Shown here: positions 13,211 through 26,000 of the stretch, in pieces
How the letters are laid out: each line of letters opens with the position of its first letter
How positions within the stretch are numbered: the first letter of the stretch is position 1
Source: Paraspadella gotoi
Lineage: Eukaryota > Animalia > Chaetognatha
Reading direction: 5' to 3'
NCBI GenBank assembly: GCA_051294375.1
Contig: CM119264.1
Span: 23,506,858 to 23,570,857, forward strand
DNA length: 64,000 nt
The notes under the pieces: model-generated
Seen by the model: the letters and a program-made list of their open reading frames with translations, nothing else
Told to the model about the DNA's origin: nothing
Databases searched by the model: none
Program-made: the position numbers and the translations under genes

Positions 13211-16200
13211 GTCGAATCCGTTTGGGATGAAACTGAGGAAGCCGAATGTGAACTTCGAGATAAAAAGCGGAGGAAAGTTCGACGTGAAACTCAAGGTGAG
13301 TGAATAGAAGAGTGACAGAACAACCGCACATCCTAAGTTGATTTCTTGTAAAGTGAATGTTGTGGTGGTATATTAACACCACCTCACGTCCTCGATCATT
13401 CAGCCAATACCCTTGGCTCAGAGGGGGAACACACCATCCCAGGCGTAGTGTTCTATCCACAATCCTAACGACTTCCTTCTGAGTTAGTTACTGGAGGCGT
13501 CATTGAGAGTCGGAAGCCCACAAAACCAACAGTGAGATGCCCCATGCCAATGTGCATCACAGGCAGCCCGGCTGTAGCCTTATATCACATTTATGTCTCG
13601 CATACCCAAAGTATTTCGTCCATTTCTATTCAACCTTTTCTAAAAAATCTTACCAAAACCCTTTTTATAAAAATTTGTTTACTTCCCTTCGAAACCTTTT
13701 TTGCCTTTTTAATTTTCTTTACCTACAAATTTTACTTTTGTCAGAAAACCTTTTAGACTTGTCCCTCACCTAAAAAAAACCCATTTGACTTTCCCCCTTC
13801 GTGACGGCGAAGGGCGGACGCTCCGATCGTCATGTCTCGCGTCTGGCAAACAGACACAAATTCTTCTCCTTTGAGATCGAAAATTGAGAAAGGTTGTTTT
13901 TTTTTGGGTTTTTTTTTTTGCATTGCGATTTTAATTTCGTTTCGCGGATGAAAAAAAAAATGGCGAGATTTCTAATTAAAAATCCATCTTCGATTAAGAA
14001 TTTAATTAAAACACAGAAGATAACGAGCAACCTAATACGAACTTGTTTAACTTTTGCGATAACCATCCAAGACTGTATTGTTCAGAAAGTGACGTCCAAT
14101 TCTCAAGCGAAGAAGAACGAGACGACATTCGGCGTCGAATTAAAGAAGACGGGAGGAAAGAAGACCGAGGAAGAAGAGGGTGAGGGAGGAAGGGAGGGAT
14201 AGATGAGGAGGGTGAAAGGGAGGAAGACCGAGGAAGAAGAGGGTGAGGGAGTAAGGGAGGGATAGATGAGGAGGGTGACTGGGAGGAAGACCGAGGAAGG
14301 AAGAGAGGAAAGGAGAAAAGAGGAATGGAGAGGAAGAGAGGAAAGTACGAGTGCGTGAGGAAAGTGAAAGGAGAAAGTCGAATGAAGTAAAAGAAGATGG
14401 AAGGGAAGGAAGTGAGAGAAAGAAGGTAATTCATGTATGGATAATGGTTTTTTTCTTAAATGGCAGCCAGGCAATGTGGGAGTAATTAACTTAAGTCTGT
14501 GGGAGAGTCTTAATCGAAAGCTTGAATAACTTGATAATTTTTATAATGGTCGTACAAATTTCACAATTAGGAGGGTTAGAAGTAATGAAGTAATGATTAC
14601 ATATTGAATCGATGGATAAACAAAGGTGTAAAATATTAAATTTTCGTTTTTCAGCAACCCCTTCAAGGAAAGACGGTCACCGGAAACCTTTTGGGGTTCG
14701 GTTAAAACGACCCGACCAGAAAAAAAGCGGTGGAGGCGGCGGCGGCGGCGGCGACGGCGGGAGCGACCTGATCCCCCCGTCCACGGCGCTCAATGAAGCC
14801 AAGGCACGTATTGACCTCTAGAGGCTTTCGGTTTTATCTTTGATTTAAATTCCGAAAAATGCGTTTCATCTCGGCTCAAAACGTTTTTGTATAAACAATT
14901 GATAATCTTTTTTTAGAAATAGAGGGGGAAAAAATGTATTTATACAGGGCGTAATGGGAATTGAAGATAGAGGGATTATCATTGCAACACTCCATCCGTT
15001 GGTCCTTATTTTCGCTCCTCATCCAATTATTTGCTCTTTTCAAATTTTTAGATATTGCCAATTACCGTTTTTTAGATTTCTAAGTAAGTGAATGAAAAGT
15101 AGTTAAGGTTTTACAATTATTCGTAAAGTTCATCACTTCCTCTTGAAAATATATTTTTGGATCAAATGTTGTATCGGCTTCTTAGTTAACTTATTCGGTT
15201 TCTCTTCATCTTCGCCATATGTCGTCGTCGTCGTCGTCGTAAATGACCTTCCTCTCCAACCTCCCTTTCAGTTTCACCTTTTCCTCCTCTCACTTTCCCT
15301 TCTTCTTCTTCTAATTTTCTTTCGACTCTTCTCAAATTGATCTCTCTCTTCCCTTCCTTCTCTCTCGTCCCCGTATTTCCCCTCCACTCTCTTCAATTCA
15401 CCCCTTCCATTCTTTCCTTTCCTCCCTCCATTTTTTTTCTCTCTACCTTCTTCAACTTGACTCCTATTCTTTGCTTTGTCTAGTTCCCTGTATTTCCTTT
15501 CTACCTTCTTCAAGTTTACCCCGCTCTTCTCCTTTCCTTCCTCCCGATTTTTCTTTCCACCCTCTTTAACTTTATCCCCTCCCATTCTTCTTCCCCTCTC
15601 CCTCTCCTTCCTCCTTTCTTCAACCTCGCCTCCTCTCTCGTCTCTCTCTCCCTCTCCTTTCGTCTCGGCGTCTTTTTCAGAGTCACACATTTCCTACACC
15701 GATTTCGCCTTCTCTTCGCGGTGCCATTTTTCTCTGGTTGCGCGTCCAGTCGGCGTAGCGCCGCTTGTGTCAGGCTCGATGGTCGTCGGGTTCCGACTTC
15801 GGAGAAAAAAAGTACAATAGGGGGGCTCGGGACAATCGATTGGCGATTTACCGATTTTTTTTTTTTCTGACATTAATAAGAGAAAGTTAAGCTCGTTATT
15901 ATAATTCCTGTTCCTTACATTCGCTGAATTTAGGTTTGATGTTAACCGAATAAGTTAACTAAGAAGCCGATACAACATTGATGAACTTTACGAATAATTT
16001 TACAACCTTAACTACTTTTCATTCACTTACTTTGAAATCTAAAAGACGGTAATTGTAATATCTAAAAATTTTAAAAAGAGCAAAATAATTGGATGAGGAG
16101 CGAAGATAAGGACCAACGGATGGAGTGTTGCAATGATAATCCCTCTATCTTCAATTCCCATTACGCCCTGTATAAATACATTTTTTCCCCCTCTATTTCC

Positions 16201-16362
16201 TTAAAAAAGATTATCAATTGTTTATACAAAAACGTTTTGAGCCGAGATGAAACGCATTTTTTCGAATTTAAATCAAAAGATAAAACCGAAAGCCTCAAGA
16301 GGTCAATACGTGCCTTGGCTTCATTGAGCGCCGTGGACGGGGGGATCAGGTCGCTCCCGCCG

Positions 16363-16400
<38 letters not shown>

Positions 16401-19400
16401 TCCACCGCTTTTTTTCTGGTCGGGTCGTTTTAACCGAACCCCAAAAGGTTTCCGGTGACCGTCTTTCCTTGAAGGGGTTGCTGAAAAACCAAAAATTTGA
16501 ATATTTTACACCTTTGTTTATCCATCGATTCAATATGTAATCATTACTTCATTACTTCTAACCCTCCTAATTGTGAAATTTGTACGACCATTATAAAAAT
16601 TATCAAGTTATTCAAGCTTCGATTAAGACTCTCCCACAGACTTAAGTTAATTACTCCCACATTGCCTGGCTGCCATTTAAGAAAAAACCATTATCCATAC
16701 ATGAATTACCTTCTTTCTCTCACTTCCTTCCCTTCCATCTTCTTTTACTTCATTCGACTTTCTCCTTTCTTTCACTTTCNNNNNNNNNNNNNNNNNNNNN
16801 NNNNAGAGACAGGCATGTTATCTTGTTCATATGAATTGAATTAATTGTAAATAAATATTATATTTAAACAATTTGCAGAATATTCTCTGTCTGACTATTC
16901 CTCATCGGACGATGACTATGGCAGTAACATCAGCGACGATGACAACGGCGCCGACGGTAAATATCTATGCAGAAGTAATTTGAGGAAATGTTTTTATTCT
17001 AACAGTTTCATTGTTAAGTTATTAATTATCAGGTCGTTAGTCCTATTTTCTCTTCAATAGCTTTTTGTTTTCTTTCCTATTTTTCTCACAAGAGTCGCTC
17101 CCGCCGCCGACGCCACCATTCGCCCGACCGTCGCCCGACGGAACCATCTCCCTGACTTGGGAAGATCGCGACGATGCGATTGGCTACATCGTTGAAAGGA
17201 GAACCAATCGGAAGGGAGGATGGGATCCCCTGTGCGACGGCACTCTGAAGGCGAGAATGAAGTTTTTTTTTATTATTATTAAATTAACATTTAAAACGGT
17301 TAATGATTCTAAATATAGAAAATTCTTCAATACACGATTTCTTACGAGTATGAAATTATAAAATTAAAACCAAATTAAGGTGGTTCGTTATTTGTTATCC
17401 GAAATAAGCAACGAAACACAACCACCTATCTATCACCTAATCATTTACTTAATAAATGGCATAATATTTTTTTAAGAAGCCATAATTTAAACTTTACTCA
17501 TGGATGTACCGCAACATGTAAATGATGTTTTAATACAATTGAGACTTATATTACGATTGTTTTACAGCTTATAGTAAAACCTAAATTCACGTTTTAATGG
17601 TCAACCAAATCTGGCAATGTTTTTTTTTTTTCGTAAAGGAAACTATTGACACGACGGTGGAAGAGAAGTCGGTCTACGAATACAGGGTCACCGTCGTCAA
17701 AGAGGACCATGTCTCGGCCACGTCGCGTCCTTCCGTTGCCGTCAGAGCGCAACGAAAGAGGGCGGAGGAGACGAGCTGCGAAAGTGTGTGAAGACAAAAT
17801 AACAATATTATCAGTTATGATGAAAATATATAGAAAATCGGGAGATGAAAAAAAAAAAGTTAATTTCCGACCAGGTGCGGTATTTCCTGGACCCCCGCGT
17901 AACGTCCTAGCGATGGCCGACGCGAGAGAGAGTGTGTCGGTTACATGGGACGAACCGACAATTATCGGACAAAACGAAATTCTGGGCTACGTCGTTGAAA
18001 AGAGGTTTTTAGTTGCGCAGCAACTCTATATGTCACTTTTCGGTCGGTCGGTATGTCTGTCCGTCGATCAGTCCTCCAGCTTACTTTAAAAATGCATATA
18101 ATTGGCCTATAGTTGGTTGCTCATTTGTTAAAACAGGAAAAAACCTCAAATCTAAGGGACTGCTAGCGCCGCATTCAGGAAATCCAAAACTATAAGTAAT
18201 AAAAGACGAATTTAAAAATACCTAATCATTTTTAAGTCATCATCATTGGGAAATAATTAACAATAATTGGCTAATACTAAAACAAGCACACGTGATAGTT
18301 TTTTTTATAACAAATTCAAAAATATAATAAGAATATCTATTAAGTATTATCTAATCATTGAATATAATTGATTTCTAAAAGAGAGACGGGCGGACAATGG
18401 ATCCGAGTCAACGACACGCCTCTTTCCAACGCCGCGCCCGAGTGGATTCGTCGCGTTCCGGACAAGTTATGCGCGTGCGTGTCCTCGCCGTGACGCTCGC
18501 GGAGAGGGCGAGCCGAGCCAACCGTCGGCTCCAGTCGTTGCCGCCACGTCCGCTCGTAAATAACAGTAGCAAACAAGAATCTCGTCCTTGATATTAAACA
18601 TCACAAAAACTGTCGAATTGGTCGATTAATAACAATTTTCTTATAATCTTCCCAGTTTGGTTCTTTTTAATTTGGTGCCGTTTCTTTTTTCTCTTCTGCG
18701 GTCTGCCGTATCGGTATCTCCCAGATTCGACAGATTCGAACCCGGGAACCCCGAAAGTTGTGGATTTGACGCCGAACAGCGTCTCACTGTCGTGGAAGGC
18801 GGCGTCTTCGTCAAAGGGCTTCACGGGTTACGGGATAGAAAAAAGACGACGCAAGGTGACGACCATTAACGACGCAATTAAAATATCTGATTTTTTTTCT
18901 CGTGGCACTGAAATGATGAGATTGTGGCGGTATATTCACACTTCCACGTCCGTCATCCTCAGCCAAATCCATTGGCTCAGAGGGGGAACACACCATCCCA
19001 AGCGTAGTGTTCCATCCACAGTCCTAACGACTTCCCTCTGCGTTGGCAAAGCGAGACCGTCCTAGGGTAACCGCGCCAGTGACTGGAGGCGTCACTGAGG
19101 GTCGGAAGCCCCCAAAGCCAACAGTGAGATGCCCCATCCCAATGGCATCACAGGCAACCCGGCTTGTGCCATAAGATCTAAAAAAAGATAAGTTCCAAAT
19201 TATCAAATTTAACGTATAAAGACACCAATAGTAGTACTAGCTCAAGTTTCACCCGTTGTAACCTAGACAATTATCAATAGTCCATAGTCCAATTATCAGA
19301 ACAGTCTACGCATTCATAAATTTTATCCCCAGGTCTATGGGTTCCGGTGAATCGGCAACTCATTCCCAACACTGACTTCAAGGTCTCACATCTTCGTGAG

Positions 19401-22131
19401 GATGAGAGTCACGAATTTCGCGTCGTCACCTACGATGAGAATCATCGAGTGAATGGAAAGAGTCGCGGATGCAAAGCGAGGACGTCAAAGAAAAGCGATA
19501 GTAAGTCGATTCTGGACTGCGATATGCAAATGATAAAAAAAAAAGATTTTAATTAGGAGTTAAAATTTAAAATCATCAAATGTCAAATTACAAATGAAAT
19601 CATGAAATTATGATTCGAATGTCCGTCGACTTGAAGTCGGCTTTAGGATTTATTGAATAAATGGACAATCTTCATATTATTATATTTGATTTTTCCAACT
19701 TTATATGAATTTTTAAGTCATCCTTGAAAGGTAGTTGCACGCAAATCTGTTTCCGTAGTCGAATCGGACGGCCTCGATGTTTACGACGCCTCAACCGAAG
19801 CGACAGCGTCGTTCATTCACGTGACCTGGCGGAGTCGGGGAAAACAAAAGGCAACGAGCGACGTCGAAGGAGAAAGAAAGAAATTCGTCGTGGAAAAATC
19901 GGTTGACGAAGGCGAATGGAAAAAGGTGAGGGGCTGTCGGAGGATGGCGTGAGGTATTTAGTTTTGAATTAATTTTGTCTTAAATATTATCAGCATCAAA
20001 CAATTTTGTTTTCAGATAACAGGCTCCGTCTCGTCTTACGAGATTCATTACACGGACTATCTTCCGGGCCACGCCTATCGGTTCCGCGTTCGAGCTCTCG
20101 ACGACGAAGGGTTCGCGGGGCGTCCCGGCGCTGCGAGCAACGTCGTCATAGGAGCGGCCCCGCCGACGCCGCCCACCTTCGCCGGGTCCCTCCAGAACGT
20201 TGTTGCTCGCGTCGGCGAGAATGCCGTCCTCGCGGCGCCGTTTCGAGCTACGACGCAGAGCGAGGTCACGTGGTGGAAAGATGGAAAACCGGCGTCCCTG
20301 GGGGAGAGATCGAGAAGCGAGGTGAGTGGAGGAGGTTTATTGTTTGAAAATAATATTCAAATAGGCCAATTAGTAAATTAGTATTTAGTTATCAAAAGAG
20401 GCTCCTTGGATCTTCCCTTCAGATTGGAGACGACCTCGCCACTCTTTACATTCAAAATTGCAAGCGCAAAGATCGAGGGGAATACGAGGTCGAACTGCGG
20501 AACGAATACGGCGTCGCGAGGGGAAAGTGCATGCTCGATGTTGTCGGTGAGATTCTATAGTACGCGGAAGTAAAGTCAATATAAGTCAAAGGTTATATTT
20601 GCTAAAATTTTGATATGTAGTGATATATCATTATTGATTGCCTATTGTTGTAGCAGAGGTTGACTCTTTGTACCACATTTCACGCACCCTTCTCTTCCAG
20701 GCCCACCATCAGCGCCCGAAGGGCCATTGGAAGCCTTTATGGTCGCGGAGAAGTCGGTGATGCTAGAGTGGGGCGCCAGCGAAGATGACGGAGGATGCCC
20801 GATCGAGGGATATCGTGTGGAAGGACGGAAGGTTGGTCAAAATACGGAAACTCATCCAAAATAAATACCTGACTTTTTAACATTGAAATTGAACATTGTC
20901 AATTGTGAGCACATAATACGAAGAAGAACATTCATATCGTTCCAAATGAGCGTTAAACTTTGCTTATCGCCAACAGATCGGCAAAAAGAGTTGGCGCGTC
21001 TTTGCGTCCCGCTGTCGGACGACGAATATGGAAATTCCGCACCTCTCGCACAACGTCGCCTACGAGTTCCGCGTGGCTGCGGTCAGCGCCGAGGGGACGT
21101 CGTCGGCGCTGCAGAGAGAGTTTCACGCGAAAACCGGAAGTGGAGACGACCGCTACAAAATGGGTTTGTTTTTCGCACCTCACAACATAAATTTTCCAAA
21201 ACAAGAACGGTAATTCCAATGTGTTGCGCCGCAATAACTTTATTTTCACATGATATAACAAACTTTTTTTTGCCCGTATATTTATAACATGCACTGCATC
21301 AAAATTCTATCTTTTATTCTTTATAGTTTGTAATTTTAAGAATTTCTGATATATAATATATTGAAAGCTTGCAGGGACCTGCTATGTCATTATCTTGTAA
21401 GAATGATGGAGGCCTTAAACCACCAAAGCCTGTCCAAAGTCGGGTGCAAGATAGCTTATTTATTAAATGAATGAATAATTTTTATATTGGTTATACCAAT
21501 TTCATATGATATTTTTAACTTAAATGGGATAAACTGATAGACAGACATACTGGCCGACAGACCGAAAAGCGAGTACTCGCGTCGCAACTAAAAATCCGCC
21601 CTTTTCGATCAGAGCCCGCCGTCCCAGCTCGGTCGAGGGCGGAAAAAGCGAAGACTGCGTCTCGATCGAAGCAGACGACGTCGGCGCCACGATTCACGTT
21701 CACCCTTCGCCCTCGAACGATTCAAGTGGGAAATTCGGTCAAATTTATCTGCTGCGTCGAAGGAACTCCTTACCCGAGGGTAAGCACCGAGGAGTGACGA
21801 GGAGACATAACTTTGGTAGGTTTTGTGAGAATATAATTTCTCGAGACTAAATTTTTTTCACCCCATCATACGAGCCTCTCGCTCTCCCCCATGCCTCTAA
21901 TTTCCTTCCCTTATTGTCCAGATCACGTGGTACAAGGATTCAAAAGTCTTGGACCCTTTAAGCCCACGACACGTTTGGACGACCTCATCCGGGGTTTGCT
22001 CGTTGGAAGTAACCGACTGCGCCGAGACGGACGGTGGAGTCTACGTCTGCGTCGCCGGGAATTCGAGGGGAACGGAGGAGACGGGTTGTCGTCTCAAAGT
22101 CGAAGGAGCAAGAAAACCCAAGAAAATTTGA
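13173..22131 (+). CDS. Multi-exon twitchin/titin-family Fn3-Ig protein without kinase (MyBP-H/IGFN1-like architecture: charged N-terminus, Fn3x4-Ig-Fn3-Ig)
   Basis: Spliced exons give Fn3 motifs (LTWEDRDDAIGYIVERR; PGPPRNV..VTWDEPTIIGQNEILGYVVEK; GPPSAPEGPLE..EWGASEDDGGCPIEGYRVE) and I-set Ig motifs (EVTWWKDG..DRGEYEVELRNEYG; APRFTFTLRPRTIQ..ITWYKD..SGVCSLEV..DGGVYVCVAGNSRG). Stop at 22129-22131. The 5' end is uncertain (it may start near 12889) and several single-base frameshifts are present. Confidence 0.8.
13358..13582. mobile_element. Dispersed ~230-bp structured repeat, copy 1 (intronic)
   Basis: Aligns by eye to 18922-19173 and 63166-63345 (shared TGGCTCAGAGGGGGAACACACCATCCCA, GAGGCGTCA, CCAACAGTGAGATGCCCCAT). 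Confidence 0.8.
14360..16779. repeat. Inverted duplication: arms ~14360-15200 and ~15944-16779, spacer ~740 bp
   Basis: The right arm is the reverse complement of the left, with scattered substitutions, a different (GGC)n length and a ~30-bp indel. It ends at a 25-N gap. Confidence 0.9.
18006..18110 (+). mobile_element. 5' head of a second HINE-like repeat; related inverted fragment at ~21515-21594
   Basis: TTTTTAGTTGCG..GCAACT hairpin followed by CTTTTCGGTCGGTCGGTATGTCTGTC. The reverse complement of 21515-21594 reads TTTTTAGTTGCG...CTTTTCGGTCTGTCGGCCAGTATGTCTGTC. Confidence 0.55.
18922..19173. mobile_element. Dispersed ~230-250-bp structured repeat, copy 2 (most complete, intronic)
   Basis: Homologous to 13358-13582 and 63166-63345. 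Contains several hairpins. Confidence 0.8.
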
Positions 22132-23083
22132 CGACAAATAGAAAACGACTTCTCCTTATTATTTTTCTATTATGCACGAACCGATTAACAAAACAAAATG
22201 TTGCATTTGGTGCTACTTAAGATAAGTCGTCAACTTGAAAATTAAAAAAAAAAAAAAAACAACTTTGTTTCGCTTGATGACGAATTTAATTAATGCCTAA
22301 CTTAATTGGCAAATGTTACAAACGATTTTTTTTTTTCACCCGGAGTAAAACAATTTATCCAATTAGCGATTATCAATCGAGTGGGTCCCCTGAATCCGTC
22401 GCTAGTTTGAATGAGTAGAATATAACTTGAACTTTCGAATCTTTCTCTCTTCTCTATTGAAAGAGAAATATTAAGATTCACAGGGAAACAATGTAAGGAA
22501 ACTTTTTTTTTATTCAAATCATCATTTTTTTTAAAAATTGGTAAAGCGTTGTACAAATAAGCATTGTTAAGCTTTATCATTAAATGACTTGCCATAGTTG
22601 CCATACTATTTCGGGGAAAAAACTCTGTAACGAAAAAACAATTACCAAAGTCGGTAAAAAAATGGTAACAAGTAATGAAGCGTTTCGTTAGTGTAACATG
22701 CGCACAGAGAGGCACTTTGGAAACACGTTCGTCGAAAAAGAATCAAACGTCAAGATCGAGGAGAAAAAACTTAATAGGGCAATTTGTCCCAGAATAACAG
22801 TTTCAACTTTTACGAAAAAAATAAATTCCCTAGTTATAAGATAAAAATATTTAACGAAAACCAGAAGTGCTGAAACTCCCGAAGAAACATTAGATTCAGC
22901 TATTGACATTGGTATATATCATATAAATTCGTATTTGGCTTAAAATTTAAAAGAACAAAGAAATGTCGGATTAAAAATTTCAGATAAACTCGATTGGAAG
23001 AAAACAAAAAAAAAAAGAAAGCAACAAATTTCACGCGATTTAACTTCGCGTCAAAACTGCAACTTCTCTGCACCAGCACTGCG

Positions 23084-26000
23084 TCAGCACCGAGTCTCCT
23101 CAACCGATTCTTTGAAATCAGTACGCCAGACCTGCAGAGCCTGGGCGCCGCGACTCATCACCGTTGGTGAGTAGATCTGCTCGTCGGCGCCGGTTGAATC
23201 CGCCGGCGCGGCGTTCGTATTTCCAGTGGGTGGCGATGCAGGTGGAGCGGTGGAGACACCGATGGCAGGACCGTGGCTCCCATTCTTGGCGAAAGGACGA
23301 GGCTTTGAGGCCGAGGGCAGTGGAGGGAATGAGGGGAGGATGGAAGCGGCAGAAGTCGGAGACCTAAAGTGGGAACCGAGAGTCGGACGGGTCAGACCGA
23401 CAACGCCCGACAGGGAGGACCTAAGGGAGGCGGCGGCAGAGGAAGACCTGGCAAGGGGCGAAGGAAGGTAAGATTAAAAAAAAAAAAAAAATCAGTTTCA
23501 AAACTGATACCGACTACTACTAGCGCAGTAGGCCTATTTAAATAAAAAGACGTTTCTTTCTCTTCACCTCTTTGTTGATCTAAGTCTATGGCAGGCGTCG
23601 GAATCGCCCTGTCGATGAGAGTTACAGTCAGGAAGGCTACTACGCTGACTACGGGAAGCTGTGGCGAGAGATGGGATTTTGAAAGCGGGAGATGGGGACG
23701 CGGGAGCAGATGGGGATTGGTGAGAAGCAGCGGACGAGAAAGTTGCGCGGGTAGGTTCGATCGCCTCATCATCGGCGATCTCGTCTTTGGTTCTGATAAT
23801 CGGGCAAGTATTATGAGAAGCACGAGATTTATTAGATAAATGATTTGAAGAAGATTCCGAGGACTTACCGACGCAAAGAAGTGCGGCAAGTCTGAAATTT
23901 CGAAGCTGAGTAAGTCTTGGTACGAGCTGAGGAAAAGCGAGAGAATGAGGCGAGGGAGGAAGGAGCTAGTTCGGGAGATGAAACTCCCATCGTTGTGGTA
24001 GATAGATCTGGAAAATAATCAAAAAGTACGTTCATTCGATAATTCCATGTTATATATTTTTTAAAGATACTTACCCGGGAAACAAGGGGCAATATCATTA
24101 TCGGAAGCATCGGGTTTAGCGAGAGAGTCGGCCGTTGGCTTGGCAACGGTGACAGCTGGGGGCGATTCGAAGTGAGGAGGGTCGCCCTCCGACCTCTTGG
24201 GGCTAATGATCGCTAGAATGTCCTCGAGTGGAACGAAAACGCCCGAGTTCATATCGCAGTTGAAATACCTATAGAGGAAAGTAAGATTCTCGTAATTCTC
24301 GTAATTCTCGTCAACGGACATTAAAAGACTTATGATTTATGATCATTATTTTGTGATACCTTTTATATTATTTGATTATCATTTGATTTCATTTGCATTT
24401 GCAACAAGATGATAAAAACTGCTTCGCATCATTTTCGTACATTTTCGGCTGTCTTAATCACCTTTTCCCCATAAAGAAACCGTCGTGCTTTCCGACTGGC
24501 GCATCAAGAACGAGGCCCACGTGAAGCGAGGACGAGGCGGCGGCGTTGCCCCCAACGCCGCGTTCCGACTGGTCGAGGTGACCCAAGTAAGCGACAACGC
24601 CGGTCAAGTTTCCTCTCGCCACAACGTGATCGCCGAGTTGGAGGAAAAGCCCGCAAGGACTGTAGTGTAGTGAGGGGGAAATAGTGTCAGAGGGTATGTA
24701 CAAAAAATTTTGACCAAAAGGATGATTATTAAGGAGAGCCAGAATTTAACATTTTTTATAATATGAAACAGTCTGCAATGAAAGTCTTTTGTCCTTTTAC
24801 AACCAAATTAACTTATGATATTTTTTTCTTTTCTGAAAAAAAAACAACAAAAACAGAGCAAACAAATAATTGTGGGAATGGTTGCAAAAAACTTTTTATA
24901 TGTTAACAACATTATATATATGATGTTTTCTTTTGATTATTTTTTTTTTACTCATGCATGGAAGCATTTTAATATTTAATAATATATAAGTAATGCTTAA
25001 TTTTTTTTTGGAAATTCAAATTTTTAAAAATAGATTCTGATAAAGATTAAAAAGTTATATAAAGGTTAGTAATAGTATTACAAATTTTAAAAAATTTTCA
25101 AAATAAATTGGTTAAAATTTGAAAAAACCTTTAAGAAATTTAATAGTTTTTATTAATTTCCATATACAAATCATTAAAATTTCAAAAAGTTGTAATTATA
25201 ACTCTCATCCAACTTTTCAAGCTCTATCAGAATCCCTTAAAAAAAATAAAATTTACCCAAACATTTTTTTAAACATTATATAGTATTTAGATAATATAAA
25301 ATAGAACCCATGCATTTAAGTATGAGATAAATCTTAATTTTTAAAATTGTTATTAACACGTTAACACTATTTATACCGGACTTCTATTAGTTTGTAACCC
25401 GTTCCGCCTTAAAGATTATGCATTCACCTGGGCGGCACCGCCCTAGACGCTGGGCTTCTGTCCCCTATCTCCTGGCAAGGACGACACTTGCATCCGCGCA
25501 AAGCGCACGGCGCTTCGTCCGGGGCGTTCGAACCAGGCACGTCCTCGCTATCGCCGGCCACGTCACAATAGTCGTCATCGTCCTCGTCGCGGCGCGATCT
25601 TCTCTTCCGTGGGCGTCGATCGTAGTTCGGGAGGCCGGGATTGATGCGCGCCAGATGCGCCATCTCCAATTCCTGGAGGCGTCTACGTAACGCTTCGATC
25701 TCATCTTTAGCCGCTGCTAGCTCGGCCATCACTCCGTCGCTACGCAATTCTGAAAGGAAGGAAGAAGCGATTAAGTTTAAAATGCGTGTATGAAAGGCAT
25801 AGTGGGGTAGGGGGGGCGCAATAGGCCGAACAATGAGCGAATAATGGTTGAAATCGTACCGACTCGAGGCGCTTCAGGGGAATCAGAATAAACGGGTTGT
25901 TCGACGGCGAAAACCGGAGTTTCGTTGCTGTCGTCGTCGTTGGAGTGGACGTCAGAATTATCACATTGGACAGATTGTGCTGCAGTTTCTTGGCGATCCG

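Noticed and set aside
14804-14813. Third GC donor (AAG|GCACGT)
   Set aside because: A canonical GT donor (CAC|GTATTG) lies 4 nt downstream.
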